Source: an uncultured Alphaproteobacteria bacterium | GTDB taxonomy: Bacteria; Pseudomonadota; Alphaproteobacteria; SHNJ01 | Assembly: GCA_964458615.1 (NCBI GenBank) | Contig: CAYWJR010000002.1 | Span: 19,071 to 78,296 of the forward strand | Length of the DNA stretch: 59,226 nucleotides | Reading direction: 5' to 3' | Shown: positions 47,186 through 56,259 of the stretch, piece by piece | How positions within the stretch are numbered: the stretch's first letter is position 1 | Layout: every line of letters begins with the position of its first letter | Made by a program: the position numbers and the translations under genes | Notes under the pieces: generated by a model | Databases searched by the model: none | The model's input: the letters and a program-made list of their open reading frames with translations, nothing else | Told to the model about the DNA's origin: nothing

Positions 47186-48256
47186 ATGCAAAATAATCGT
47201 TACGATCGGCAAATTGTGCTGCCTGAATTGGGTCAATCCGGTCAGGATTTATTGAATCAATCTTCTGTTTTGTGCGTTGGCGCCGGCGGATTGGGATCCC
47301 CTGCTCTTTTGTATTTGGCGTCTTGCGGAACCGGTACAATCGGCATCATCGACGACGACACGGTCGATCTAAGCAATCTGCAAAGGCAGATTTTATTTTC
47401 GCAAACGGATGTGGGCAAACCGAAATCGCTGCAAGCGGCGGAAAATTTGCGCGCGCTGAACGGCGATGTAAAAATTATTCCCCATAATGAACGATTGACT
47501 GCAAAAAATGCCATGGCCATTTTTGCAAATTATAACGTCATAATCGATGGCAGCGATAATTTCGAAACCAAATTTCTAATCAACGACGCCGCGTATAAAT
47601 TATCGAAACCTGCTGTATTCGCGTCCGTTCTTGGGTTTACCGGGCAAATTTCAACATTCCACCCAAACACCGGCGGCGCATGTTACCGTTGCCTATATCA
47701 ATCGCCACCGGGAAATTATGTTCCGAATTGCGCCGAAGCAGGCGTGATCGGCGCAGTCGCCGGAATGATGGGCAGCATTCAGGCATTGGAAGCGATTAAA
47801 TTATCCTTGGGCCAGGATTTTTGCCGATCGCAGGGGCTTGCGGTGTTGGATAAAAAATTATTGCTGATCGATGCCAAATCGATGGCAATCCGCACCGTGA
47901 CCACCGCCAAAGACGCCAATTGCCCGATTTGTTCGCAATCGCCCAGCATAATTGAATTGCATGATGCCCCATCGCCGGTTTGCGCCCCCGTTGCCAAAGG
48001 CGCGGCATTTATCGATGTGCGCGAACAACCGGAATGGGATGCGGGACATATAGACGGCGCGATTCATATTCCGTTGTCCGAAATCCAATCCAATCCTGCG
48101 ATATTGTCCGGATTGGACAAACAGACACCTTATGTCTTGTATTGCCAAGGTGGCCGGCGCAGCAAAACAGCGTTAATTGCATTCCAGCAATCCGGATTCA
48201 CCGACGTCACGGATATTCCGGGCGGTTATGCAGCATACCGCAAACAATCGGCCTGA
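47186..48256 (+). CDS. moeB: MoeB/ThiF adenylyltransferase with C-terminal rhodanese domain
   Basis: RY.RQI.LPE.G..GQ, VGAGGLGSP, SNLQRQ, CYRC...CAEAGV.G, CPIC; rhodanese DVRE..EW..GHI.GA, YCQGGRRS. Confidence 0.9.
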   Translation: MQNNRYDRQIVLPELGQSGQDLLNQSSVLCVGAGGLGSPALLYLASCGTGTIGIIDDDTVDLSNLQRQILFSQTDVGKPKSLQAAENLRALNGDVKIIPHNERLTAKNAMAIFANYNVIIDGSDNFETKFLINDAAYKLSKPAVFASVLGFTGQISTFHPNTGGACYRCLYQSPPGNYVPNCAEAGVIGAVAGMMGSIQALEAIKLSLGQDFCRSQGLAVLDKKLLLIDAKSMAIRTVTTAKDANCPICSQSPSIIELHDAPSPVCAPVAKGAAFIDVREQPEWDAGHIDGAIHIPLSEIQSNPAILSGLDKQTPYVLYCQGGRRSKTALIAFQQSGFTDVTDIPGGYAAYRKQSA

Positions 48257-48345
48257 ACCGGGTATTTGCGCGCATTTTCATAAATTCCCGCACTGTTAGC
48301 GAAAAAGAAACGATTTCATGATAGCTTGGTAAGACTGGGGCACGT

Positions 48346-49920
48346 ATGCCCCATGGACTTGCATGGCACAGGAGGTGCAAAGCTATGTTGGATCGGGGAT
48401 TGTCCAACTTTTCATATATTTATCAATATTTTGGCAAATTTCTGCCACTATCGGTGCTTGCGGCTGCGATATTGATTTTATCGCAAAGCCCGGTGTTTGC
48501 ACAGGCGCCGATTGCGCAAAAACTTGACTCCCCTATTTTTGCCGAAGTGTTTCATGAAATCGTCGAATATCATGTCAATCCGCCCAGCGGCAAACAGCTA
48601 TTTTATTACGCCGTCAGCATCATTCAAAAACAAGACCCATATATCCAAACACGCGAACAAGGCCATTTGGTGATTTATTACAATCACAAACCATTATTCG
48701 CATTTCGCATCGCCCCGGAAAACGATGCGGCAAAATGGGGCGCAATCAGCCAATCTTTGATTGAACAAATTTATCCATATTCGGCGGCGTTGCAAAAACA
48801 GCCTTTGGATGTAACGGCGCAGAATATTTTGAAAACATTGGTGCAGGTTTTGGATAAATATTCGCATGTCACCGTTTACGGCGCCAAGTCGAGCGGCGAA
48901 AATTTCGCAGAAATCGAAGATCCAAAGGCCAGCATCGGCGTTACCATTACAACCGACGGCCACCGCGCGGTTATCAGTAAAATTATACCGCACAGCCCGG
49001 CCGCATCGTATTTGAATGTCGGAGATATAATCGAATCGGTCGATGGCCGCGACGTTTCCGCATTAAAAGCAAAACAAATCGTAGGATTGTTTCGCGGCGC
49101 GCCAGACAGCATCGTTGAAATCGGCGTCGATCAAGACGGCAAAAAAAAGCAATTATCGATTAAACGAGTCATGCTAAGCCCCGACAGTTTCGAAACATAT
49201 TTGAAAAAAGATATTTTGTTTGTGAACATTAAAAAATTCACCCCTGGCATGGCGCAAAAAATGATCGCCAATTTGCGCCCCATTCAAACCAAGATCGCCG
49301 GGGTCGTCCTGGATCTACGGGGGAACCGGGGTGGCGTGCTTTCCGAAGCAACCGCGATAGCCGATATGTTCTTGGCCTCTGGGTCGATGACAATCGGCAT
49401 GCGCGGGCGCCACCCCGACAGTGTTTCGGTGTTTGAATCAACAAATCACGATATTCGCATCGACAGCCCGATTGTCATCCTGGTCGATGGTCAAACCGCA
49501 TCGTCGGCCGAGGTTTTGGCCGCAGCTTTGCAAAGCAATAAACGCGCCGTTGTAGTTGGCACTCAATCTTATGGCAAAGGCATGGTTCAACGCGCCACGT
49601 ATATCGAAGGATTGGGACAATTGGCTATAACATGGGCGGAATTGTACAAACCCGGAACCCAAGGCGCATCGTTGGATCAAAACGGGGTTTTGCCGAATAT
49701 TTGCCTTGCCAGCGCGAATTTGAATACAACACCGTTGCAACAAACGCCTGAACCGGACAAATTTGTCATGTGGTTCCGCCGTGCGCCGCAAGTCACCTGG
49801 GACAGCAAAATTTGCCCAAAATCGGTGCGCAAGGATAAAACCGAAGACGCGAGCTTTGCAGCGTCTTTATTGTCCAATCCAGAATTATACCGCAAAGCAT
49901 TGAATAACAAGCAAATATAG
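48346..49920 (+). CDS. S41 family C-terminal processing protease (PDZ)
   Basis: PDZ (SPAA..L.VGD.I..VDG), LDLRGNRGG.L, catalytic TASSAEV and SYGKG.VQ; start uncertain. Confidence 0.9.
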   Translation: MPHGLAWHRRCKAMLDRGLSNFSYIYQYFGKFLPLSVLAAAILILSQSPVFAQAPIAQKLDSPIFAEVFHEIVEYHVNPPSGKQLFYYAVSIIQKQDPYIQTREQGHLVIYYNHKPLFAFRIAPENDAAKWGAISQSLIEQIYPYSAALQKQPLDVTAQNILKTLVQVLDKYSHVTVYGAKSSGENFAEIEDPKASIGVTITTDGHRAVISKIIPHSPAASYLNVGDIIESVDGRDVSALKAKQIVGLFRGAPDSIVEIGVDQDGKKKQLSIKRVMLSPDSFETYLKKDILFVNIKKFTPGMAQKMIANLRPIQTKIAGVVLDLRGNRGGVLSEATAIADMFLASGSMTIGMRGRHPDSVSVFESTNHDIRIDSPIVILVDGQTASSAEVLAAALQSNKRAVVVGTQSYGKGMVQRATYIEGLGQLAITWAELYKPGTQGASLDQNGVLPNICLASANLNTTPLQQTPEPDKFVMWFRRAPQVTWDSKICPKSVRKDKTEDASFAASLLSNPELYRKALNNKQI

Positions 49921-49967
49921 GGAACAACACCCCTGTCCAATCCAGTCGCCCGCAATGGCAAAATCGC

Positions 49968-49995
49968 TTGACTTATTCCCGTTATTTTATATATT
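49968..49995 (+). promoter_or_regulatory. Putative sigma70 promoter of rpmG
   Basis: TTGACT-N16-TATATT. Confidence 0.45.
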
Positions 49996-50074
49996 CGCTG
50001 TTCTTCGTTTACGAAGCCTCGGGTTAGAGGGCAGGAAAAACAATAACTAAACACAAACAATTCAGGTTGTTATT

Positions 50075-50242
50075 ATGGCTAAATCGAACGTTACATTGAT
50101 CAAATTGCTCAGCACCGCTGGCACCGGTTTCTTTTACACCAAGAAAAAGAACGCCCGCGCCAAACCGGAAAAAATGCGTTTGTGGAAATACGATCCCATC
50201 GCCGGTGAGCATGTGGAATTCGAAGAAGCCAAGTTGAAATAA
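50075..50242 (+). CDS. rpmG: 50S ribosomal protein L33 (missing from the ORF track)
   Basis: [55 protein letters not shown] (55 aa, Zn-free form). Confidence 0.95.
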   Translation: MAKSNVTLIKLLSTAGTGFFYTKKKNARAKPEKMRLWKYDPIAGEHVEFEEAKLK

Positions 50243-50260
50243 CAATCTTTGCAAGTTTGC

Positions 50261-50296
50261 AAAACCCCGCCAGAGGAATACCTCGGCGGGGTTTTT
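50261..50296 (+). terminator. Intrinsic terminator after rpmG
   Basis: AAAACCCCGCC-AGAGGAATACCTC-GGCGGGGTTTTT. Confidence 0.8.
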
Positions 50297-50430
50297 GATT
50301 TGTAATCCCCCGCCGCCTTGTATATTGCATTGCCGGATAATAATGGCGCCGAACCCGCTTTTATGATGGCAGATGGACACGATGTGCGATAGGCTTTGGC
50401 AATCGTGATTTCCCAAATCAAAATATTCAA

Positions 50431-51504
50431 ATGACCAAACATAAAAAGAAAATATTGATGCTTGGCTTTGGCGGCACATTGACCATGGCGCCGAATAAAA
50501 CCGGCGCGCTGGCGCCAACCAAATCCATTCAAGATATTTTAAAACTGGTTCCGTCATTGCAAAAAATGGCGCGCATCCACGCGGTCGAAGTCGAAAATTT
50601 AGACAGCACCAATGTAAACCCGTCGCATTGGACGAAATTGATTCACATTATCGCGAAACATCACGACAAATATGACGGCATCATCATAACCCACGGTACC
50701 GACACCATGGCTTATACCGCAAGCGCGGTTACGCTGGGTTTAGGCGCTGGGTTAAAAATACCGATCGTTTTCACCGGCGCGCAAAAATCGTTGTTCGAAT
50801 CGGGCAGCGATGCACGGTTCAATTTGGAAAATTCGATCAAAACAGTCGTCGCCGCATCGAATCAAAAAATAGCCGAAGTAATGATCGTATTTGGCGAACG
50901 TGTCATGCGCGCCTGCCGAGCAATCAAAACCAGCGAAGCGCGATTTCCCGCGTTCGATTCGCCGGCGTTTCAACATCTGGCGTCGATTACCGCCAACGGC
51001 ATCGATTTCGTTCCAAACGTCCGCAAGAAATCGCACAGCAGAACGTCGTTGAAAATAAAACCCGAATTCGAACGCGGCATCGTGCCGATCGATTTGGTTC
51101 CGGGATTGGAACCGCAAATATTGCTGGATTTTCTGAAAGTCAGCCGTTGCCGCGGCATATTGTTAAAATCGATGGGATCCGGCAACGTCCCCAACCGCGA
51201 CGAATATTCTTTGATACCCAGCATACGAACCATCGTCAATCAATTCGGCATTCCGGTTTTGGTATCGACCAAATTTGTCGGCGGCCACACGCACATGGAC
51301 ATGTATGAGCCGGGCAAAGAAGCATTGGACGCAGGCGCGATACCCACCGGTGATATGACCGACGTCATGGCGCAAATCAAATTCATGTGGGCGTTGGCCC
51401 AAGGGTATAACAGCCCTAAATCGCTGCGCAAAATCATGCAAACGAATTTGGTCGGCGAAATCACCGCATCCAAATCCAAAAATTTTTCTAAAACGAAAAA
51501 CTAA
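50431..51504 (+). CDS. ansA: Type I (cytoplasmic) L-asparaginase
   Basis: GGTLTM, NLDS.N, HGTDTMAYTAS, TGAQ, R..K..., G.GN.P, DMT. Confidence 0.9.
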   Translation: MTKHKKKILMLGFGGTLTMAPNKTGALAPTKSIQDILKLVPSLQKMARIHAVEVENLDSTNVNPSHWTKLIHIIAKHHDKYDGIIITHGTDTMAYTASAVTLGLGAGLKIPIVFTGAQKSLFESGSDARFNLENSIKTVVAASNQKIAEVMIVFGERVMRACRAIKTSEARFPAFDSPAFQHLASITANGIDFVPNVRKKSHSRTSLKIKPEFERGIVPIDLVPGLEPQILLDFLKVSRCRGILLKSMGSGNVPNRDEYSLIPSIRTIVNQFGIPVLVSTKFVGGHTHMDMYEPGKEALDAGAIPTGDMTDVMAQIKFMWALAQGYNSPKSLRKIMQTNLVGEITASKSKNFSKTKN

Positions 51505-52883
51505 GCAGCGGAATTTTCGCTGGCAATGACCTTGTTTCTGCCTTGGTTTTTGGCTTTGTACAATGCATCGTCGGCGCGTTTCAACAATTCTTCGTGACTG
51601 ACAGGATCGGATTTCAAGTCAATAACCGACAATCCCGCGCTGATGGTGACTGGAATGGATTCATTGCCATGCGTAAAAATATTTTCAGACGCAATCGCAA
51701 CCCGCAATCGTTCCGCCACCATAAATCCGATTTCTGCGCCGGTATCGGGCATGACCACCACGAATTCTTCGCCGCCCAACCGCGCGACCAGATCCAGATT
51801 GCGCAAATTATGCGACAGACGTCGTGAAATTTCTTTCAACACCGCATCGCCCGCAGCATGGCCGTATGTGTCGTTGATTTTTTTAAAATTGTCTATATCG
51901 ATCGCCAGCATAGTCAACGGTTTATCGGTTTTATACGCCCTATCCAGCAATTGCTGCACATGGGTTTCGAAATACCGGCGGTTATAAAGCCCGGTCAATG
52001 TATCGGTCAGCGCCATGGTTAAACTGGCTTCGAAATTGCTGCGCAACAATTGCTGATACCGGCTTCGGCGCACTTGGATTCTGGTGCGCGCCAACAACTC
52101 GTCTTTGTCGGCGGGGGTAACGATAAAATCGTTTACGCCCAAATCCAACGCCTGCGCCAGGCGGTCTTTGTTGTCGTTATCGGACAACAGCAAAATCGGG
52201 GTATGCCGGGTTTTTTCCTGGGTTCTTATTTTCGAACACAGGCGCAATGTGGATTCTTCGTGCCCGCTGGTCGAAATCATAATCAGATCGAATCCGCGTT
52301 GTTGCGCCAATATAAAACCTTCGTCCGGGTTGATCGCGCCCAAAATTTCATGATCGTCCCCTGCCAACGCTTCGACCACGTTGGCGGCGTCGATTGGGTT
52401 ATGTTCGATCAACAGCAGCAAGCCGCGGCGGCCATCGTCTTCGACTTCGGCGTTTTGAATCACGCCGAAATGTTTGGCCGTGCGGTCGCGGGCGCGCCAT
52501 TCTTCGATCATCATGCGCAAACGCAACAACGACCGCACCCGCGCGAACAATGAAACATCCTGCACCGGCTTTGTCAAAAAATCGTCCGCGCCGGATTTCA
52601 AACCTTCGACGCGGTCTTTGGTGTCCGACAAAGCCGTTACCAAAACAACCGGAATAGCCCTTGTTTCAGGATTGGATTTCAACCGTCTTGTAACTTCGAA
52701 TCCATCCATTTCCGGCATCATGACGTCCAGCAAAATAATATCCGGGGATTCGGTTTTCGCGATTTCAAGCGCGGTTGCGCCATCGGGCGCGGTCAAAACT
52801 TCGTAAAATTCGTTGACCAGCTTGGCTTCTAGCAAGCGGACATTGGCGGGCACATCATCGACGACAAGAACGCGGCCTGGCAT
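51501..52883 (-). CDS. pleD: PleD two-receiver diguanylate cyclase
   Basis: RVLVVDDVPANVRLLEAKL..EFY, DIILLDVMMP, second REC, A.TD.LTGLYNRRY, I-site RNLD, GGEEF; directly downstream of divK. Confidence 0.97.
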   Translation of the reverse strand: MPGRVLVVDDVPANVRLLEAKLVNEFYEVLTAPDGATALEIAKTESPDIILLDVMMPEMDGFEVTRRLKSNPETRAIPVVLVTALSDTKDRVEGLKSGADDFLTKPVQDVSLFARVRSLLRLRMMIEEWRARDRTAKHFGVIQNAEVEDDGRRGLLLLIEHNPIDAANVVEALAGDDHEILGAINPDEGFILAQQRGFDLIMISTSGHEESTLRLCSKIRTQEKTRHTPILLLSDNDNKDRLAQALDLGVNDFIVTPADKDELLARTRIQVRRSRYQQLLRSNFEASLTMALTDTLTGLYNRRYFETHVQQLLDRAYKTDKPLTMLAIDIDNFKKINDTYGHAAGDAVLKEISRRLSHNLRNLDLVARLGGEEFVVVMPDTGAEIGFMVAERLRVAIASENIFTHGNESIPVTISAGLSVIDLKSDPVSHEELLKRADDALYKAKNQGRNKVIASENSAA

Positions 52884-52884
52884 A

Positions 52885-53262
52885 TCAGTTTATGAACCTG
52901 GAAATGGTTTCCATGAATGTTACGATTGAAATTGGTTTGGCAATATACGCCTCGCATCCGCCTTCGCGGATTTTTTCCTCATCGCCCTTCATCGCAAACG
53001 CGGTGACGGCAATAACGGGAATATGTTTTAAATCATTGTCTTGTTTTAACCAGCGTGTGACGTCCAACCCCGACACCTCGGGCAATTGAATATCCATCAA
53101 AATCAAATCCGGTTTGTGTTCGCGCGCCATTTTCATCGCCTCGTAACCGTCTCTGGTTTGAATGACTGCGTATCCATGCGCTTCGAGAAGATCGTTAAAG
53201 AGCTTCATATTCAGCTCGTTATCCTCCACGATCATTATTTTTTTGCTGGCTTTGGAATTCAT
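52885..53262 (-). CDS. divK: Cell-cycle single-domain response regulator DivK
   Basis: [65 protein letters not shown]. Confidence 0.97.
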   Translation of the reverse strand: MNSKASKKIMIVEDNELNMKLFNDLLEAHGYAVIQTRDGYEAMKMAREHKPDLILMDIQLPEVSGLDVTRWLKQDNDLKHIPVIAVTAFAMKGDEEKIREGGCEAYIAKPISIVTFMETISRFIN

Positions 53263-53310
53263 GATTTTTCGATTATGACACAATGAGAAGATTAGTTTCT
53301 ATCAAAAGCA

Positions 53311-53325
53311 TTAATAAGATATTGA
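53311..53325. promoter_or_regulatory. CtrA-like box (1 mismatch) upstream of divK
   Basis: TTAA-TAAGATA-TTGA; divK is a CtrA target in Caulobacter. Confidence 0.35.
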
Positions 53326-53526
53326 AATTTCAGCGCATAGTGCGGCAAACCGCAAAAAAGAACCATTTTGCCTAGTCTTTTGCCCGCCGCGTATCCAACA
53401 AGGCAGTTTTTACCGCGATAACTCTGCTACTAATCCATTCAAGTAATTGATAATAAACATTTTTATATGGCATGGTTTGTGCATATCCTAAATCAAGACG
53501 GATGATTTGGAGGGGAGAATAAAACC

Positions 53527-54228
53527 ATGAGTCCATCAGCTTTTATACAAGAATTTGAAAAATCGTTTCCTAACTTGCCGCTGGATTTCAACAGCTTTGC
53601 AAGAAAATTGGAAAAAGTGAATTTGGATTTAAACGAAGACAGCGAAGCCGCGCGCGAAGCGTTATTACGCACCGCCCTGATCGCCGTCCGCGCCGCCGAA
53701 CGCGAAATCGCCAAACAAAAAGCCCGCATCAATAAATTGGAAAGCCTTAGCATGACCGACGAAGCCACCGGTTTATTGAATCGCCGTGGTTTTTACAAAG
53801 AAGTCACCCGCGCCCTATCCGGCGCGCGCCGCCGCGATAAAAAAGGCGTTTTGGTTATTTGCGATATGGACGGATTCAAAGCGATCAACGACACATACGG
53901 CCACGCCGCAGGCGACGAAGTATTGGTGCAAATCGCAGAATTGTTGAATCAATATGTCCGCAAATCCGATGCAGTGGCCCGTTTGGGCGGCGATGAATTC
54001 GCGATATTGATGGTCGATGCAACCGAAGAAAAAGCCGCCGAACGCGCCCGCGATCTAAGCACATTGATCAACGGATATTTAGTCCGCTGGCAAGGCGAAA
54101 CCATTCCCGTTTGCGCCAGTTTCGGCATTACGACATTAGACCCAAGCGTTGAACCGGCCGAATTGTACAAAGCCGCAGACATGGCCATGTACGAACACAA
54201 ACGGCAAAAAGCCAAAATTTCAGCGTAA
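53527..54228 (+). CDS. Diguanylate cyclase (short coiled coil + GGDEF)
   Basis: S.TDEATGLLNRRGF, D.DGFKAINDTYGHAAGD, ARLGGDEF; no RxxD I-site. Confidence 0.93.
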   Translation: MSPSAFIQEFEKSFPNLPLDFNSFARKLEKVNLDLNEDSEAAREALLRTALIAVRAAEREIAKQKARINKLESLSMTDEATGLLNRRGFYKEVTRALSGARRRDKKGVLVICDMDGFKAINDTYGHAAGDEVLVQIAELLNQYVRKSDAVARLGGDEFAILMVDATEEKAAERARDLSTLINGYLVRWQGETIPVCASFGITTLDPSVEPAELYKAADMAMYEHKRQKAKISA

Positions 54229-54239
54229 TTACGCCGGTT

Positions 54240-54863
54240 TTATTGTTCTCTGATTGACCGGCGCGCATTCACAATCAGCAATGTGAATGGATGTTTGGCT
54301 GGAACATCATGCGTATGGCCGAAATATGCGTGTATCGCCGTTATCGCAAAACCTTCGACATGACTAATCACACTGTTTATTGCCTGCGCCCCGTAAACGG
54401 TTTTTGAACCTGTTTTTTGATGGCCGTTATAAATGGAAACCACCGTATTGATATTGCCCAAATTTTCGATTCTGTGATCGATCGGCACAATCAACGTACC
54501 CGCATCGCGCAACCATGTGCGCACGGTTTCAACCGTTCCTTTGGATATTTTGTCGAATTCGTTTTTCAGGAATGATACAGGCACAACACACGCGTCGAAC
54601 TTGGCGCCTTTTTCAACGCCGCGCACGATATTAAAATTTGCGCCTGCGCTCGACGATTGCAATTGCGCGCAAAGACGTTCATTTTCTTCGCCGGTCGCAA
54701 AAAACGTGGTTTGGACATTTGGCAAAATATCCGCAATACCCCGATTCACATGCCCATTGCCGGAATCGACGACCAATATGCGGTTTAAATCATGATGCGG
54801 CGCCAATCTGGCCGCGATTTGCGTGCCCAAAAAATGCTCGGCGGTTACTTGTGTTTGTGTCAT
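54240..54863 (-). CDS. Hypothetical protein, possibly a degenerate class I methyltransferase fold
   Basis: RILVVDSGNG, KFDACVV and WLRDAGTLIV echo MTase motifs I, II and III; GAGG RBS. Confidence 0.55.
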   Translation of the reverse strand: MTQTQVTAEHFLGTQIAARLAPHHDLNRILVVDSGNGHVNRGIADILPNVQTTFFATGEENERLCAQLQSSSAGANFNIVRGVEKGAKFDACVVPVSFLKNEFDKISKGTVETVRTWLRDAGTLIVPIDHRIENLGNINTVVSIYNGHQKTGSKTVYGAQAINSVISHVEGFAITAIHAYFGHTHDVPAKHPFTLLIVNARRSIREQ

Positions 54864-55049
54864 TTAAAACCTCTTTAAATTGGCTGCGAATTTAAACTAT
54901 GTGTAAATAAAAGCAAATTATTATTGATTAAAGATACAAAATATTAAACCTTTTGCAGTTATAGTTTTAAAAGAGCCTTAGGGAACAATTTTGTGGGTCA
55001 TAGCCTGCTAATGCTTTACGTTAACGAAAAGAAACATTAGTTTTAAACC

Positions 55050-55475
55050 ATGCAACAAATTAAATTTTTCCGGATAATCGATTCCGATAACCCCGATATT
55101 GAATCGACCGCCAAAGACAAGGAATTGGCGATTCCAGGCACATTTTTATATTCCAAGCTCGACCCCGACCAATCAGGCGATACCGAAAAAGTCCGCAGCC
55201 TGTGGTTCGGCACGGAAACCGAAGGATTTGGCCGCATGGCCGAGGTGTCGATTGTAACCGCCAATGAATTTCAGCGCATGATCAATCGTTTGGCGCATTA
55301 TTTGGTTGAACATAACTATGCGGCCGATTTAGGAACTGCGTTTGAATTGGCGCAAGACGAAGCCGATCACACACGCAAATTGGCCGATCGCGATGTCGGC
55401 ACCGTGATGGTTATCGACCGGCAGATGAATAAATTCGGTGTCAGCGAAGCGTTTAAAACCGTTCCAAGATCCTAA
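55050..55475 (+). CDS. Hypothetical protein, DUF6505-like
   Basis: FGR...V.I.T..E......LA.YLV....A.....A...A.DE......L......T...IDR.....GVSEAF..V resembles my recollection of DUF6505; not verified. Confidence 0.5.
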   Translation: MQQIKFFRIIDSDNPDIESTAKDKELAIPGTFLYSKLDPDQSGDTEKVRSLWFGTETEGFGRMAEVSIVTANEFQRMINRLAHYLVEHNYAADLGTAFELAQDEADHTRKLADRDVGTVMVIDRQMNKFGVSEAFKTVPRS

Positions 55476-55493
55476 AGACTAGTTTCAGCCATC

Positions 55494-55522
55494 TTGACTT
55501 TTGTATCTTTCAAAGATACATT
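55494..55522 (+). promoter_or_regulatory. sigma70 promoter with a palindromic operator in the spacer
   Basis: TTGACT(55494-99)-N17-TACATT(55517-22); perfect palindrome TGTATCTTT-C-AAAGATACA (55502-55520). Confidence 0.65.
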
Positions 55523-55528
55523 TTTGTC

Positions 55529-56233
55529 ATGCCTCGATTATCAAAACTGGATCAAGCCCGCCTCGCGTTATTTGCGCGGATTCCGCATTGCGCCCCGGAT
55601 TATTTGGAACAGCCGTGGAATAAATTCGTTAAACGTTTTTTGCGGCAAGATTCTCCGAGTACATTGACGATGAATAATTGTTTTTCTTATGCGGTCAATG
55701 ACCCGGAAATATACCGCGATCCATTGCCGGATCAAAGACTGCCCGCTTGGCCAGAACCCAACCTTGAAAATCCATGGCCTATTTTTAGTTTGCCCATTAG
55801 CCACAAAATACTGCGCCAAGCATTACAGGCCGATGGACTGATATTCGCCGGTCGAAAATTGCCGGAATTGTTGCCAGGCGTATTTCCAATAGCCGCGTTT
55901 ACAAGCAAATCGGTATTTACAACTTCGCACCGTGTGCGGCGCGATTATCATTTTTACCGCCAAGACCGCAACGGATTTTGGTCGCACAAACGCGGACAGG
56001 AAATACCGTCAGATAAAAACGAAGGCGGAAAACCGATCCAAAGCCCGCGTCAAGATTATAAGACACTACCCGGTATCAAAGATCCTCAGTTCGCCGGATA
56101 TTTTTATGTACCCAATTCCGGCCTTGCCATCGGCCGCCGTAACCGGATTTTACAAAATCCCACTTCGTTGGAAACGCGGCGAACGACCTCTTTTAATCGC
56201 GCAGACGTAATCCGCATGTGCCGGACACGATAG
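55529..56233 (+). CDS. Hypothetical protein with Cys-His motifs (papain-like fold candidate)
   Basis: NNCFSYAVN ... DYHFYRQD..G.WSHKRG ... FAGYFYVP. Confidence 0.65.
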   Translation: MPRLSKLDQARLALFARIPHCAPDYLEQPWNKFVKRFLRQDSPSTLTMNNCFSYAVNDPEIYRDPLPDQRLPAWPEPNLENPWPIFSLPISHKILRQALQADGLIFAGRKLPELLPGVFPIAAFTSKSVFTTSHRVRRDYHFYRQDRNGFWSHKRGQEIPSDKNEGGKPIQSPRQDYKTLPGIKDPQFAGYFYVPNSGLAIGRRNRILQNPTSLETRRTTSFNRADVIRMCRTR

Positions 56234-56259
56234 GAGCACCGGACAAAGCCGCGTTGGTG

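Noticed and set aside
50024-50557. ORFs 50024-50557 (-), 50109-50330 (+) and 50134-50532 (-)
   Set aside because: They overlap the real rpmG (50075-50242), its terminator and ansA; no motifs.
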